In this document: piece after piece, positions 1 to 11,710 of the stretch
Layout of the letters: each line of letters opens with the position of its first letter
How positions within the stretch are numbered: position 1 is the stretch's first letter
Origin: an uncultured Solirubrobacterales bacterium
GTDB taxonomy: Bacteria; Actinomycetota; Thermoleophilia; Solirubrobacterales; 70-9
NCBI GenBank assembly: GCA_963771265.1
Contig: CAVYSQ010000002.1
Coordinates: 465-64,464 of the forward strand
Length of the DNA: 64,000 nucleotides
Direction of reading: 5' to 3'
Made by a program: the position numbers and the translations under genes
The notes under the pieces: generated by a model
What the model was told of the DNA's origin: nothing
The model's input: the letters and a program-made list of their open reading frames with translations, nothing else
Databases searched by the model: none

Positions 1-3000
1 CGGCTACTTCGTTCCGAACGGTTGCGGTCGACACCCTGGACGCGAAACGCAAGGCGCTCAACGGTGAGCTCAAAGAGCGGGGGTTGAAGGTGTCGTTCAC
101 GCACCTGATCGCCTGGGCGATCGTGCGGGCGGCCAAGGAATGGCCGGTGATGACGCGCAGCTTCGAGGAACGCGACGGCAAGCCGTTCGCGATCGAGAAC
201 GGCCCGGTCAATCTCGGCATCGCCGTCGATGTGGAGCGCAAGGACGGCTCGCACAGCCTGATGGTGCCGGCGATCAAGGGCGCAGACGGCCTCGACTTCG
301 CCGCCTTCCACTCCTATTACGAGGACCTGATCACCAAGACGCGTGAGAACAAGCTCACCGCCGACGATTTCCAGGGCACCAATATCTCGCTGACCAACCC
401 GGGCGGGATCGGCACCGTCGCCTCGGTACCCCGCCTGATGAAGGGCCAGAGCGCGATCATCGCCGCCGGTGCCATCGCCTACCCGCCTGAGTGGACCCAC
501 GCCTCAACGGAACGGCTACGTCAGCTCGGCGTCTCGAAAACGATGACGCTGACCTCCACCTACGACCACCGGGTAATCCAGGGGGCTGAGTCGGGCGCCT
601 TCCTGCGCCGCGTCGAACAACTACTAGAGGGCGAAGGCGACTTCTATGAGGCGGTCGCCGCCGATCTCGGCATCGACCCCGCCCCACTAGCTTCCGCCCA
701 TCCCGCCTCCGCCTCGGCGCCACCGCTCGGCGCCGCGCCGGCTCCAGCTACCCCAGGCACGCCGGACGAGGAACTGCTGAGAGCGGTCCAGGCCGCCACC
801 TCGCTGCTCAAGGGCTACCGCACCCACGGCCACCTCGCCGCCCGCCTCGACCCGCTCGGCCGTGAGCCGAAGGGCGACCCGGCGATCCAGCCCGAGAACC
901 TCAACCTGACGCCGGAGCTGATGGCGCGGGTGCCGGCCTCGATCCTGCGCATCGGCGTTCCCGGCGAGACCCTGCTCGACGTGCTGCCGCGGATGCGCGA
1001 GGCCTACTGCGGCACGATCGCCTACCAGTTCGAGCACCTCTCCTCCCATCAGCAACGGACCTGGCTGCGCGAGATGGTCGAGACCGGTGCCCACCGCCAG
1101 CCGCTCGCCGAGGATGAGAAGCGCCGCCTGCTCGGCCGCCTGATCGACGTCTTCGAGTTCGAGCGCTTCGTCGAGAAAGCGTATTTGGGGCAGAAGATCT
1201 TCTCGATCGAGGGACTCGACGTGATCGTGCCGATGCTCGACGAGCTGACCACCCTCGCCGGCCGCTCCGGCGCCGAAGAGGTCGTCTACGGCATGGCCCA
1301 CCGTGGCCGCCTCAGCGTCCTCGCCCACAACCTCGGCCGCTCGGTCGAGTCGATCCTGGCCGAGTTCGAGGGGGCGAAGCAGATCGAGCAGGTGAAGGCA
1401 GTCGCCGCGATCCCCCACGGCGGCACCGGCGACGTCAAGTACCACTACGGCCACCAGGGAACGTACGAAAACAGCGAGGGCGAGAAGATCGCCGTCCGCC
1501 TTTACCCCAACCCCAGCCACCTAGAGTTCGTCGACCCGGTGGTCGAGGGCGGGACCCGCTTCCTCCAGTCGAAGATCGACGGAGCCAAGCTCGAGCACAA
1601 CTCGAAGTACGCCGTGCCGGTGCTCCTGCACGGCGACGCCGCCTTCCCGGGCCAGGGAGTGGTCGCCGAGACGCTCAACCTGCAGGCGCTGCGCGGCTAC
1701 ACCACCGGCGGCACGGTCCACGTCATCCAGGACAACCAGGTGGGCTTCACCACCGATCCCGAGGACGCCCGCTCCACCCCGTACGCGGCCGACATGGCGA
1801 AGGGGTTCAACGTCCCGATCGTCCACGTCAACGCCGACGACGTCGAGGCCTGCTCGGCGGCGATCCGTTTGGCGATGGCCTACCGCGAGCGCTGGAGCCG
1901 CGACATCGTCATCGACGTGATCGGCTACCGCCGCTATGGCCACAACGAGACCGACGAGCCCGCCTACACGCAGCCGGCGATCGCGGCCAAGATCAAGGCC
2001 CACCCCCCGGTCTCCGAGCTCTACGCGAAGAAGCTGATCGAGGAGGGAACGATCGCTGCCGAGGACGTCGAGGCGGCGCGCAAGAAGCGCCACGACGAGA
2101 TGTCGGCGGCGCTCAAGGACCTGCGCAAGAAAATGGAGCTGGGCGAGTACGAAGACCCCACGGTCACCACTTCGAGCACCGGCGAACTCGACCGCAGCGC
2201 CAGCCCGCCGGTCGAAACCGCCGTCTCCGAGGAAAAGCTGGGCGAGCTGAACGAGGCCCTGCTCGAGGTGCCGGAGAGCTTCACGATCCACCGCAAGCTG
2301 CGCAAGCCGCTCGGCAACCGGGGAGATGCCCTGGATAGCGGTGGGATCGAGTTCGGCCACGCCGAGGCGCTCGCCTTCGCCTCCCTGCTGACCGACGGCG
2401 TCCACATCCGCCTCACTGGCCAGGACACCGAGCGCGGCACCTTCTCCCACCGCCACCTCGTCCTGCACGACGAGAAGACCGGCCTGCCCTACTGCCCGAT
2501 GCAGAACCTCGCCGGCTCGACCGCTCCCTTCGAGCTCTACAACAGCCCACTCTCGGAGATCGCCTGCCTCGGCTTCGAGTACGGCTACTCGGCGGCAACG
2601 CCGAACGCGCTGGTTCTCTGGGAGGCCCAGTTCGGCGACTTCGCCAACGCCGGCCAGGTGATCGTCGACAGCTTCATCGTCTCCGGCGAGGCCAAGTGGG
2701 GGCAGACGAGCCGCCTGACGCTGCTCTTGCCGCACGGCTACGAGGGCTCGGGGCCCGAGCATTCCAGCGCCCGCATCGAGCGCTTCCTGGCGATGGCGGC
2801 GGAGGGCAACATCCGCATCGCCAATCCCAGTACCGCGGCGCAGTACTTCCACCTGCTGCGGCGCCAGGCGCTGATCCGCAAGCCGCGGCCGCTGATCGTG
2901 TTCACGCCGAAGGGGTTGCTGCGCCTCGACCGGGCCTCCGCCACCGTCGACGAACTCAGCAAGGGCCAATTCCACTTCATCCTCGACGACCCCGCGGCGG

Positions 3001-3383
3001 GCGAGCGGCGCGAGAAGGTCGAGCGGCTCGTCCTCTGCACCGGCAAGGTCTTCTGGGACATCGACGCGAGCGAGCGGCGCGAGTCCGCCGAGAACGTCGC
3101 GATCGCCCGGGTCGAGCTGCTCTACCCGTTCGCCAAGGAACAGCTGAGCCAGCTGATCGCCTCCTACCCCAACCTGAAAGAGCTCGTCTGGGCACAGGAG
3201 GAGCCGCGCAACATGGGGGCCTGGAAGGTGATGTCGCGGCGCCTTCCCGATCTGCTGCCGGACGGCGTCGAGCTCGGCTACGTCGGTCGCCCGACCCGGG
3301 CGAGCCCGGGCGAGGGCTACTCGGTCGCACACGCGCGCGAGCAGGAGCGGATCGTGCTCACCGCGCTGACTCCCGGCGCCTGA
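1..3383 (+). CDS. kgd: 2-oxoglutarate dehydrogenase E1 fused to an E2-like succinyltransferase domain (Kgd/OdhA type); 5' end outside window
   Basis: The frame is open from the window edge (..ATSFRTVAVDTLDAKRKALNGELKERGLKVSFTHLIAW..), so the M at 84 is internal. The N-terminal part has an E2 acyltransferase catalytic core (TSTYDHRVIQGAESGAF). The rest is SucA/E1o-like (YQFEHL, AHRGRLSVLAH, LLHGDAAFPGQGVV). This fused layout is that of Mycobacterium Kgd and Corynebacterium OdhA. Confidence 0.9.
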   Translation, partial: ATSFRTVAVDTLDAKRKALNGELKERGLKVSFTHLIAWAIVRAAKEWPVMTRSFEERDGKPFAIENGPVNLGIAVDVERKDGSHSLMVPAIKGADGLDFAAFHSYYEDLITKTRENKLTADDFQGTNISLTNPGGIGTVASVPRLMKGQSAIIAAGAIAYPPEWTHASTERLRQLGVSKTMTLTSTYDHRVIQGAESGAFLRRVEQLLEGEGDFYEAVAADLGIDPAPLASAHPASASAPPLGAAPAPATPGTPDEELLRAVQAATSLLKGYRTHGHLAARLDPLGREPKGDPAIQPENLNLTPELMARVPASILRIGVPGETLLDVLPRMREAYCGTIAYQFEHLSSHQQRTWLREMVETGAHRQPLAEDEKRRLLGRLIDVFEFERFVEKAYLGQKIFSIEGLDVIVPMLDELTTLAGRSGAEEVVYGMAHRGRLSVLAHNLGRSVESILAEFEGAKQIEQVKAVAAIPHGGTGDVKYHYGHQGTYENSEGEKIAVRLYPNPSHLEFVDPVVEGGTRFLQSKIDGAKLEHNSKYAVPVLLHGDAAFPGQGVVAETLNLQALRGYTTGGTVHVIQDNQVGFTTDPEDARSTPYAADMAKGFNVPIVHVNADDVEACSAAIRLAMAYRERWSRDIVIDVIGYRRYGHNETDEPAYTQPAIAAKIKAHPPVSELYAKKLIEEGTIAAEDVEAARKKRHDEMSAALKDLRKKMELGEYEDPTVTTSSTGELDRSASPPVETAVSEEKLGELNEALLEVPESFTIHRKLRKPLGNRGDALDSGGIEFGHAEALAFASLLTDGVHIRLTGQDTERGTFSHRHLVLHDEKTGLPYCPMQNLAGSTAPFELYNSPLSEIACLGFEYGYSAATPNALVLWEAQFGDFANAGQVIVDSFIVSGEAKWGQTSRLTLLLPHGYEGSGPEHSSARIERFLAMAAEGNIRIANPSTAAQYFHLLRRQALIRKPRPLIVFTPKGLLRLDRASATVDELSKGQFHFILDDPAAGERREKVERLVLCTGKVFWDIDASERRESAENVAIARVELLYPFAKEQLSQLIASYPNLKELVWAQEEPRNMGAWKVMSRRLPDLLPDGVELGYVGRPTRASPGEGYSVAHAREQERIVLTALTPGA

Positions 3384-3712
3384 TGCGCAAGCCGGTTCCC
3401 GGGCGGCTGTTCGTCTGGGTGAAGCGCATCTCCTGGGTCGAGCTGGTCATCTTCGCCGGGCTGATCGTCTTCTGGCTCGTGCCCGGCTTCGACACCGAGA
3501 CGATGCTGTTCGGCTGGGCGCACGGGTTGGGCTTCATCGTGCTCTGCATCGTGATCTGGATCGCCTGCGTCAGGCGCGAGGCGCCTTACACCCTGCTTGC
3601 CGCGACCCTTACCCCGGTCGGACCGGTCGGCAGTGTGATCGGGATCGAACTGATCGAGCGGCGAGGCTGGGGCATCGGGGATTCTCCGCAAAAAGTCGTG
3701 GAAACCCCATAG
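3383..3712 (+). CDS. small integral membrane protein (DUF3817-like, tentative)
   Basis: ATG at 3383 overlaps the kgd stop (TGATG). It corresponds to the tail of track ORF 2696..3712. 109 aa with hydrophobic helices (WVELVIFAGLIVFWLV, GWAHGLGFIVLCIVIWIA, LLAATLTPVGPVGSVIGI). Confidence 0.55.
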   Translation: MRKPVPGRLFVWVKRISWVELVIFAGLIVFWLVPGFDTETMLFGWAHGLGFIVLCIVIWIACVRREAPYTLLAATLTPVGPVGSVIGIELIERRGWGIGDSPQKVVETP

Positions 3713-3837
3713 ATTCGCTCAAGAAGCCTTGACCCCAGGGCTTGCAGGCGCTATAGCTAGACAGTGACTGTTCTCCTCGAGCAGTCCCGTTCGAGAGAAC
3801 AGGCGCGTCGGCATCCCTCCCTGGCTACCGACGCATA

Positions 3838-3888
3838 GGTGCAGTGAGGGTCGCGCGGACCCCCTGCCTCCCGCGGCCCCGCTGCACC
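3838..3888. terminator. GC-rich imperfect hairpin between convergent genes (candidate factor-independent terminator, no U-tract)
   Basis: GGTGCAG(tga)GGG..GCGCGG / CCGCGG..CCC(cg)CTGCACC, lying 23 nt beyond the acnA stop. A second hairpin, CTGTTCTC(C)TCGA / TCGAGAGAACAG, sits at 3768..3802. Confidence 0.35.
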
Positions 3889-3910
3889 GCCTTAACGGTG
3901 CGGAATCGGC

Positions 3911-6709
<2,799 letters not shown>

Positions 6710-6733
6710 TCATTCATCCTAGGCAACGGCGAA

Positions 6734-6860
6734 GGGGCGCGGGTGGGGGGTGTCCAGCCGTTGCTGGGTTTTTCGCCTGGAGGAAGACTGCCGTCCGAGA
6801 TCGTGGGTGGGGCGAAAAAGAGGACGCCGCCGCCGGCCGGACACCCCCCACCCGCGCCTC
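6734..6860. repeat. long concentric palindrome (element A)
   Basis: Outer arms 6736..6755 GGCGCGGGTGGGGGGTGTCC and 6839..6858 GGACACCCCCCACCCGCGCC pair 20/20. Inner arms 6769..6777 TTTTTCGCC and 6811..6819 GGCGAAAAA pair 9/9. It fills the gap between the SDR stop (6891) and the acnA start (6709). Confidence 0.6.
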
Positions 6861-6890
6861 GTCAGCGCCTGCGGCTTGCTTCGCTCGCGC

Positions 6891-7691
6891 TTAGCGCTTG
6901 TCGGACTGGCCGTCGGCCACTACCGCCGCGGCCTTCTGGCCTTGCTCGCCACTGGCGATCTTTACTGCGATGCCCGGGCTGGCCAGTGCGAAGTGGGCGA
7001 GGAATCGTTGCTGTAGCGGGGCGACCGTTACCTCGACCTTGTTGTGCTCGATTGCCTTGACTACCGCGTTGGCTACCTGAGCTGGGGTTCCCGTGCCGAG
7101 GCCGGGGATCGGGGGGGCTCCCGAGTCCGAGTACATGCCCGCTTCGCGGATCGTGCCCGGGGAGACGAGCGACACACCAACGCCTTGCGGGTCGAGGTCA
7201 GCGCGCAGGCCTAGGGCGAAGCCGCGCAGGCCGAACTTGGTTGCGTTGTAGATCGAGGAGAGGGGGGTCGCTGACTTGCCCGATAGGGAGGAGATAAACA
7301 CCATGTGCCCGGAGCCCCGGCTCAACATTGCCGGCTCAAGCGCACGGGCGAGCAGGATCGGCGCCTCGAGGTTGACGCGCAGGGTTCCGGTCAGCTGCTC
7401 GGGGCTGTAGTCGGGCAGCCGCCCGGTCCCGGGCAGCCCAGCGTTCGCAATGAGGATGTCGACGGGGCCAACCTCGGTGGCGAGCTTCTCTGCTGCACCG
7501 GGCTCGGCCAGGTCACTGGGAACCGTGCTGTGCCCATCACCCGGCAAATCGGCGGCCATCGCCTCCAGCGCCTCCGCCCTGCGGCCGCTGAGAATCAGCT
7601 TTGCGCCCCGCTCGGCCAATGCGGCGGCGATCGCGCGCCCCAAACCGCCAGTGGCGCCGGTGAGCAGGGCTTTTTTGCCGGCAAGTTCCAT
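6891..7691 (-). CDS. short-chain dehydrogenase/reductase (SDR) family oxidoreductase
   Basis: I prefer the internal start MELAGKKALLTGATGGLGRAIA (ATG 7691) to the track start 7820. Has the TGxxxGxG Rossmann motif and catalytic YNATK. Confidence 0.85.
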   Translation of the reverse strand: MELAGKKALLTGATGGLGRAIAAALAERGAKLILSGRRAEALEAMAADLPGDGHSTVPSDLAEPGAAEKLATEVGPVDILIANAGLPGTGRLPDYSPEQLTGTLRVNLEAPILLARALEPAMLSRGSGHMVFISSLSGKSATPLSSIYNATKFGLRGFALGLRADLDPQGVGVSLVSPGTIREAGMYSDSGAPPIPGLGTGTPAQVANAVVKAIEHNKVEVTVAPLQQRFLAHFALASPGIAVKIASGEQGQKAAAVVADGQSDKR

Positions 7692-7821
7692 CTCAGTCCG
7701 CAAGCTACCACCCGCACTGCCGACAGGAATTCGGGATGCAAGTGCGAAAGGCCACAAAATGTTTGTTTTTAATGAGCGTCCACCCGGAGGATCGTCTACA
7801 CTGCTCGCCGTTCCGAACAAC

Positions 7822-7952
7822 CGAAACGCCTAATCCCGCCAGCCACCTGGCGACGCGGGAACGGGGGAACCACGTTTTCGGGGCTAACTCGCCCATCTGG
7901 GCGGGGGCGCAAGCTCCTTTCGCGCCAGCCCGACAGCTAACCCCGTAGGCAG
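7822..7952 (+). promoter_or_regulatory. c-di-AMP riboswitch (ydaO-yuaA class)
   Basis: ACGCCUAAUCC .. ACGGGGGAACCA .. CGGGGCUAACUC .. CCCGACAGCUAACCCCGUAGGC matches the conserved cores I recall for this class. P1 is GCCUA/UAGGC. It ends just before the SD AAGGAG (7956..7961) and the TTG start (7969) of an NlpC/P60 gene. Confidence 0.75.
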
Positions 7953-7968
7953 ACGAAGGAGAATCGGT

Positions 7969-8526
7969 TTGCCCAAGAACAGTGCAAAGCTCAGAGCGGG
8001 GTGGTTGGCCTTAGTCATACCCGCCTTTCTCGCATTTATGCCCGCCGGCGCGTCGGCCGCCTGCGAAGGCGGTGGCTTGACCTCGGCTGCGGTCGACATG
8101 TGCACGCCGACGCCAAAAGCACGGTTGCTCGCCAACGGGATGCTAATCCCGCCCAAAGCCGCGCCACCGCGGGTCAAGCGCGTGATCGCGTTCGCCAACA
8201 GGATCCGCAATAAGCCCTACATCTACGGCGGCGGCCATCGTCGCTGGGAGGACGCTGGATATGACTGCTCGGGCTCGGTCAGCTACGCCCTGCGTGGGGG
8301 CAATTTTCTCACCAGCCCAGTCCCCTCGGGGCCGCTGGCAAGCTGGGGCCTGAGCGGCGAAGGTCGCTGGATCACCGTTTACGCCAACCCCGGCCACACC
8401 TACGCGGTGGTTGCCGGCTACCGCTGGGACACCTCCGGCAACACCGACGGCAAAACCGGTCCAAGTTGGCACGAAGACGTGCGTGACGGTGCCGGCTTCG
8501 TCGCCCGTCACCCCGCCGGCTACTAA
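7969..8526 (+). CDS. secreted NlpC/P60 (C40) cell-wall peptidase
   Basis: Signal peptide (LALVIPAFLAFMPAGASA). Catalytic region YIYGGGH..GYDCSGSVSYAL (nucleophile Cys) and GHTYAVV (His). TTG start preceded by AAGGAG. Confidence 0.85.
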   Translation: MPKNSAKLRAGWLALVIPAFLAFMPAGASAACEGGGLTSAAVDMCTPTPKARLLANGMLIPPKAAPPRVKRVIAFANRIRNKPYIYGGGHRRWEDAGYDCSGSVSYALRGGNFLTSPVPSGPLASWGLSGEGRWITVYANPGHTYAVVAGYRWDTSGNTDGKTGPSWHEDVRDGAGFVARHPAGY

Positions 8527-8554
8527 GACAACTTCGGGGCAGGGGTCCCGTAGG

Positions 8555-8590
8555 CCACCCCGGCCAACTGGCCGGGGTGGTTTTGTTCTT
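8555..8590 (+). terminator. rho-independent terminator
   Basis: CCACCCCGGCC-AACT-GGCCGGGGTGG (11-bp stem) followed directly by TTTTGTTCTT. Confidence 0.8.
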
Positions 8591-8640
8591 GCTTTCCTGA
8601 ACTGCTCGGATAACTTTTCCATGTAGCTGCACCTTCTGAC

Positions 8641-9654
8641 ATCCGCCTAAGCAACCTCACCAAGAGTTACGGCGAGGTACAGGCGGTTGCGGGAATCGAC
8701 CTGGAGGTCAAGGCCGGCGAGTTCTTCACCATGCTCGGCCCCTCGGGATCGGGAAAGACGACGACGCTGCGCATGATCGCCGGCTTCGAGGACCCCAGCA
8801 TGGGCACGATCGAGTTGGCCGGGAAGGACATGGCGGGGGTTCCCCCGTACGACCGAGCGGTCAACACCGTCTTCCAGGACTACGCTCTGTTTCCCCATAT
8901 GACCGTCGGTGAGAACGTCGCCTACGGGCTGCGCGTCGCCGGGGTCGCCAAGCAAGAGCGAGCCCGCCGCCGTGACGAGGCACTGGAGATGGTGCGCCTG
9001 CCCGGCTACGGCGAGCGCAAGCCGGGCGAGCTCTCCGGCGGGCAGCGCCAGCGGGTCGCGCTGGCGCGGGCAATCGTCAACCGGCCTCAGGTGCTGTTAC
9101 TCGATGAGCCGCTCGGAGCGCTCGACTTAAAGCTGCGCGAGCAGATGCAGAGCGAGCTGAAAACGATCCAGGGTGAGGTGGGGATCACCTTCGTCTACGT
9201 CACCCACGATCAGGACGAGGCTCTGACGATGAGTGACCGGATCGCGGTCTTCAACCAGGGCCGCATCGAGCAGGTGAGCACGCCTGTTGAGCTCTACGAG
9301 CGACCGGCGACCGAATTCGTCGCCGGCTTCGTCGGCGTCTCCAATCTGCTCGAGCGCGACGGCGCTCGCTTCACGATCCGGCCCGAGAAGATCCAGCTGC
9401 TCGATACCGCCGCGGCGCCGGACGGGCTGCGGACCGAGCGTGGCCAGATCGTCGCGGTCGCCTACGCGGGGATGGTTACCCGCTACACGGTCGCGCTCGA
9501 GGCCGGTGGAGAGCTTCAACTAGTGAGACAAAACGCGGAGGGGCACTCAGACGACGCTTTCTTCGAGCAGGGGGTGGAGGTGCTTGTGGGATGGCGGCCG
9601 GAATACGCGGTGTCGGTCCCGCAGACAACCAAGCAAGAGGAGGATCGACCGTGA
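8641..9654 (+). CDS. ABC transporter ATP-binding protein (PotA-like, polyamine/solute importer)
   Basis: Walker A GPSGSGKTT, signature LSGGQRQRVALARA, Walker B LLLDEPLGALD, H-loop YVTHDQ. The conserved N-terminus IRLSNLTKSYGEVQAV lies upstream of the first ATG (8731). The frame is open from 8614 but has no ATG/GTG/TTG there, so 8641 (ATC) is only a provisional 5' limit. Confidence 0.85.
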   Translation: MRLSNLTKSYGEVQAVAGIDLEVKAGEFFTMLGPSGSGKTTTLRMIAGFEDPSMGTIELAGKDMAGVPPYDRAVNTVFQDYALFPHMTVGENVAYGLRVAGVAKQERARRRDEALEMVRLPGYGERKPGELSGGQRQRVALARAIVNRPQVLLLDEPLGALDLKLREQMQSELKTIQGEVGITFVYVTHDQDEALTMSDRIAVFNQGRIEQVSTPVELYERPATEFVAGFVGVSNLLERDGARFTIRPEKIQLLDTAAAPDGLRTERGQIVAVAYAGMVTRYTVALEAGGELQLVRQNAEGHSDDAFFEQGVEVLVGWRPEYAVSVPQTTKQEEDRP

Positions 9655-10853
9655 GGAAAGAAAACGCACATCCCGTAATGGTGGCCTGGCTGATGGTCGC
9701 TGGACTGCTCGCATTCATGCTGCTGATCGCCGGCTGCGGCGGCGGGGACGACGACGAGACGACGAGCGCGGCGCTGGAGAAAGTCGGCCAGCCGGAGGGG
9801 CAGCTCGACCTGATCGCCTGGGCCGGCTACGTGGAGGACGGCTCGACCGAACCCGGTGTCGACTGGGTAACCCCGTTCGAGAAAGAAACCGGCTGCCAGG
9901 TCAACGTCAAGGTCGGCAACACCTCTGACGAAATGGTGCAGCTGATGCGGACCGGCCAGTACGACGGCGTCTCCGCTTCGGGCGACGCGACCCTGCGTCT
10001 GATTGAGGGCAACGACGTCGACCCGGTCAACACCGACCTGGTCGCCAACTACGCCGATGTCTTCCCCGGCCTCAAAGACCAGCCCTACAACAGCATCGAC
10101 GGCCAGATGTACGGGATCCCGCACGGCCGTGGGGCGAACCTGTTGATGTACGACACCGACCTCGTCAAACCAGCTCCCGAAGAATCCTGGAGCGTCGTCT
10201 TCGACCCCAAAGAATCGAGCAAGTACGACGGCCAATTGACTGCCTACGACAGCCCGATCTACATCGCCGATGCGGCGCTTTATCTGAAAACCCACGAACC
10301 GGACCTGGGGATCGAGAACCCCTACGAGCTCGACCAGGAGCAGTTCGACGCAGCGATCCAGCTGCTCAAGGAACAGCGCCAGAACATCGGCGAGTACTGG
10401 TCCGAATACGCCAAGCAGATCCAGTCGTTCGCCAATGGCGACATCGTCGTCGGGACGACCTGGCCCTACCAGTACCTGACCCTGAAAGGGGAAGGCAAAG
10501 ACGTTGAAGCGATCTACCCGTCCAAAGAGGGCTCAACCGGGTGGTCGGACACCTGGATGGTCAGCTCAGAGGCGAAACATCCGAATTGCATGTACCTCTG
10601 GATGAACCACATCATCGACCCGAAAGTCAACGCCGAAGTGGCGGAGTGGTTCGGTGAGGCACCGGCTAACTCGAAAGCCTGCCAGTTCACCGAAAACAAA
10701 AACCACTGCAACGAGTACGACGCAGCTGGCAAACGCTACCTCGACGATCTCTACTACTGGGCCACCCCGCTCGCCGACTGCGGTGACGATCGCGGCGACG
10801 TCTGCAAGGACTACGCCGATTGGGTCCAGGGCTGGACGGAGGTGAAGGGCTAA
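9651..10853 (+). CDS. ABC transporter substrate-binding lipoprotein (PotD/PotF-like)
   Basis: GTG at 9651 overlaps the ATPase stop (GTGA) and follows GAGGAGGA by 6 nt. Lipobox LLIAGCGG. The periplasmic-binding-protein-like sequence is consistent with a polyamine binding protein. Confidence 0.85.
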   Translation: MRKENAHPVMVAWLMVAGLLAFMLLIAGCGGGDDDETTSAALEKVGQPEGQLDLIAWAGYVEDGSTEPGVDWVTPFEKETGCQVNVKVGNTSDEMVQLMRTGQYDGVSASGDATLRLIEGNDVDPVNTDLVANYADVFPGLKDQPYNSIDGQMYGIPHGRGANLLMYDTDLVKPAPEESWSVVFDPKESSKYDGQLTAYDSPIYIADAALYLKTHEPDLGIENPYELDQEQFDAAIQLLKEQRQNIGEYWSEYAKQIQSFANGDIVVGTTWPYQYLTLKGEGKDVEAIYPSKEGSTGWSDTWMVSSEAKHPNCMYLWMNHIIDPKVNAEVAEWFGEAPANSKACQFTENKNHCNEYDAAGKRYLDDLYYWATPLADCGDDRGDVCKDYADWVQGWTEVKG

Positions 10854-11710
10854 CGGGTCACCGGCTCGCCAACCTCTTTCACGGGCGCCCCCGCCTGCAG
10901 GCGGGGGCGCTGCTGGCCGGCCCGGTCGGCTGGCTCGTCATTGGCTACCTCGGTTCCCTGGCCGTTCTGCTGGTCACCGCCTTCTGGTCGATCGGCGAAC
11001 TGAGCGGTGAGATCGAACAGACGGCGACGCTCGAAAACTTCAAGCTGATCGCCGAAGAGCCGGTCTACCGCTCGATCGCCGGCCGCACGATCGCGATCGC
11101 GGCGCTGGTCACGATCACCGACGCGATCCTCGCCTTCCCGCTCGCCTTCTACATGGCCAAGGTCGCCACGCCGCGGGTCCGCGGCGCCCTGGTCGTCGCC
11201 GTGATGGTTCCGCTCTGGTCCGCCTACCTGGTCAAGGCCTTCGCCTGGCGAACGATCCTCAGCGAGAACGGGCCGCTCAACTGGGCGCTCGAGCCGTTTG
11301 GCATGAGCGGCCCAGGCTACGGTCTGGTCGCCGTCTGGCTGGTGATGAGCTACCTCTGGCTCCCCTACATGGTGATCCCGATCTACGCCGGCCTCGAACG
11401 GATCCCCAACTCGCTGCTCAATGCCTCCGAGGACCTGCGGGCGCGGCCGACTTACACCTTCCGCAGGGTAATCCTGCCGCTCGCCTTCCCCGCCGTCGTC
11501 GCCGGCTCAATCTTCACCTTCTCGCTCACCCTCGGCGACTTCATCGCGCCAAGCCTGGTCGGCGCCGGCGACCAGTTCATTGGCACCGTCGTCTTCTCAA
11601 CGATCACGACCAACCTTCCCCTCGCCGCCGCCTTCGCCACGGTGCCAATCGCGGTGATGATCGTCTACCTGATCGGCGCCCGCCGCATGGGAGCGTTCGA
11701 GCATGTCTAG
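10820..11710 (+). CDS. ABC transporter permease (PotB-like)
   Basis: Multi-pass membrane protein with an EAA-type loop (NASEDLRARPTYTFRRVILPL). TTG 10820 is the only canonical start upstream of the first TM helix. Confidence 0.85.
   Translation: MGPGLDGGEGLTGHRLANLFHGRPRLQAGALLAGPVGWLVIGYLGSLAVLLVTAFWSIGELSGEIEQTATLENFKLIAEEPVYRSIAGRTIAIAALVTITDAILAFPLAFYMAKVATPRVRGALVVAVMVPLWSAYLVKAFAWRTILSENGPLNWALEPFGMSGPGYGLVAVWLVMSYLWLPYMVIPIYAGLERIPNSLLNASEDLRARPTYTFRRVILPLAFPAVVAGSIFTFSLTLGDFIAPSLVGAGDQFIGTVVFSTITTNLPLAAAFATVPIAVMIVYLIGARRMGAFEHV

Noticed and set aside
1521-3332. 603-aa minus-strand ORF, plus other long ORFs antisense to kgd (687..1520, 2696..3382 part).
   Set aside because: It lies entirely antisense to, or out of frame with, a gene that has unmistakable homology. 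Its Arg/Ala/Gly/Pro-rich low-complexity translation is typical of shadow ORFs in high-GC DNA.
3768-3802. GTTC-GAGA-GAAC within the hairpin CTGTTCTCCTCGA/TCGAGAGAACAG as another LexA box.
   Set aside because: The half-site order is inverted (GTTC-N4-GAAC rather than GAAC-N4-GTTC), and it lies between convergent gene ends, not in a promoter.
7705-7948. Small track ORFs 7705..7896 (-) and 7736..7948 (+) in the SDR-NlpC/P60 spacer.
   Set aside because: They overlap the riboswitch motif and an AT-rich promoter region, and have poor GC3 bias and no homology.
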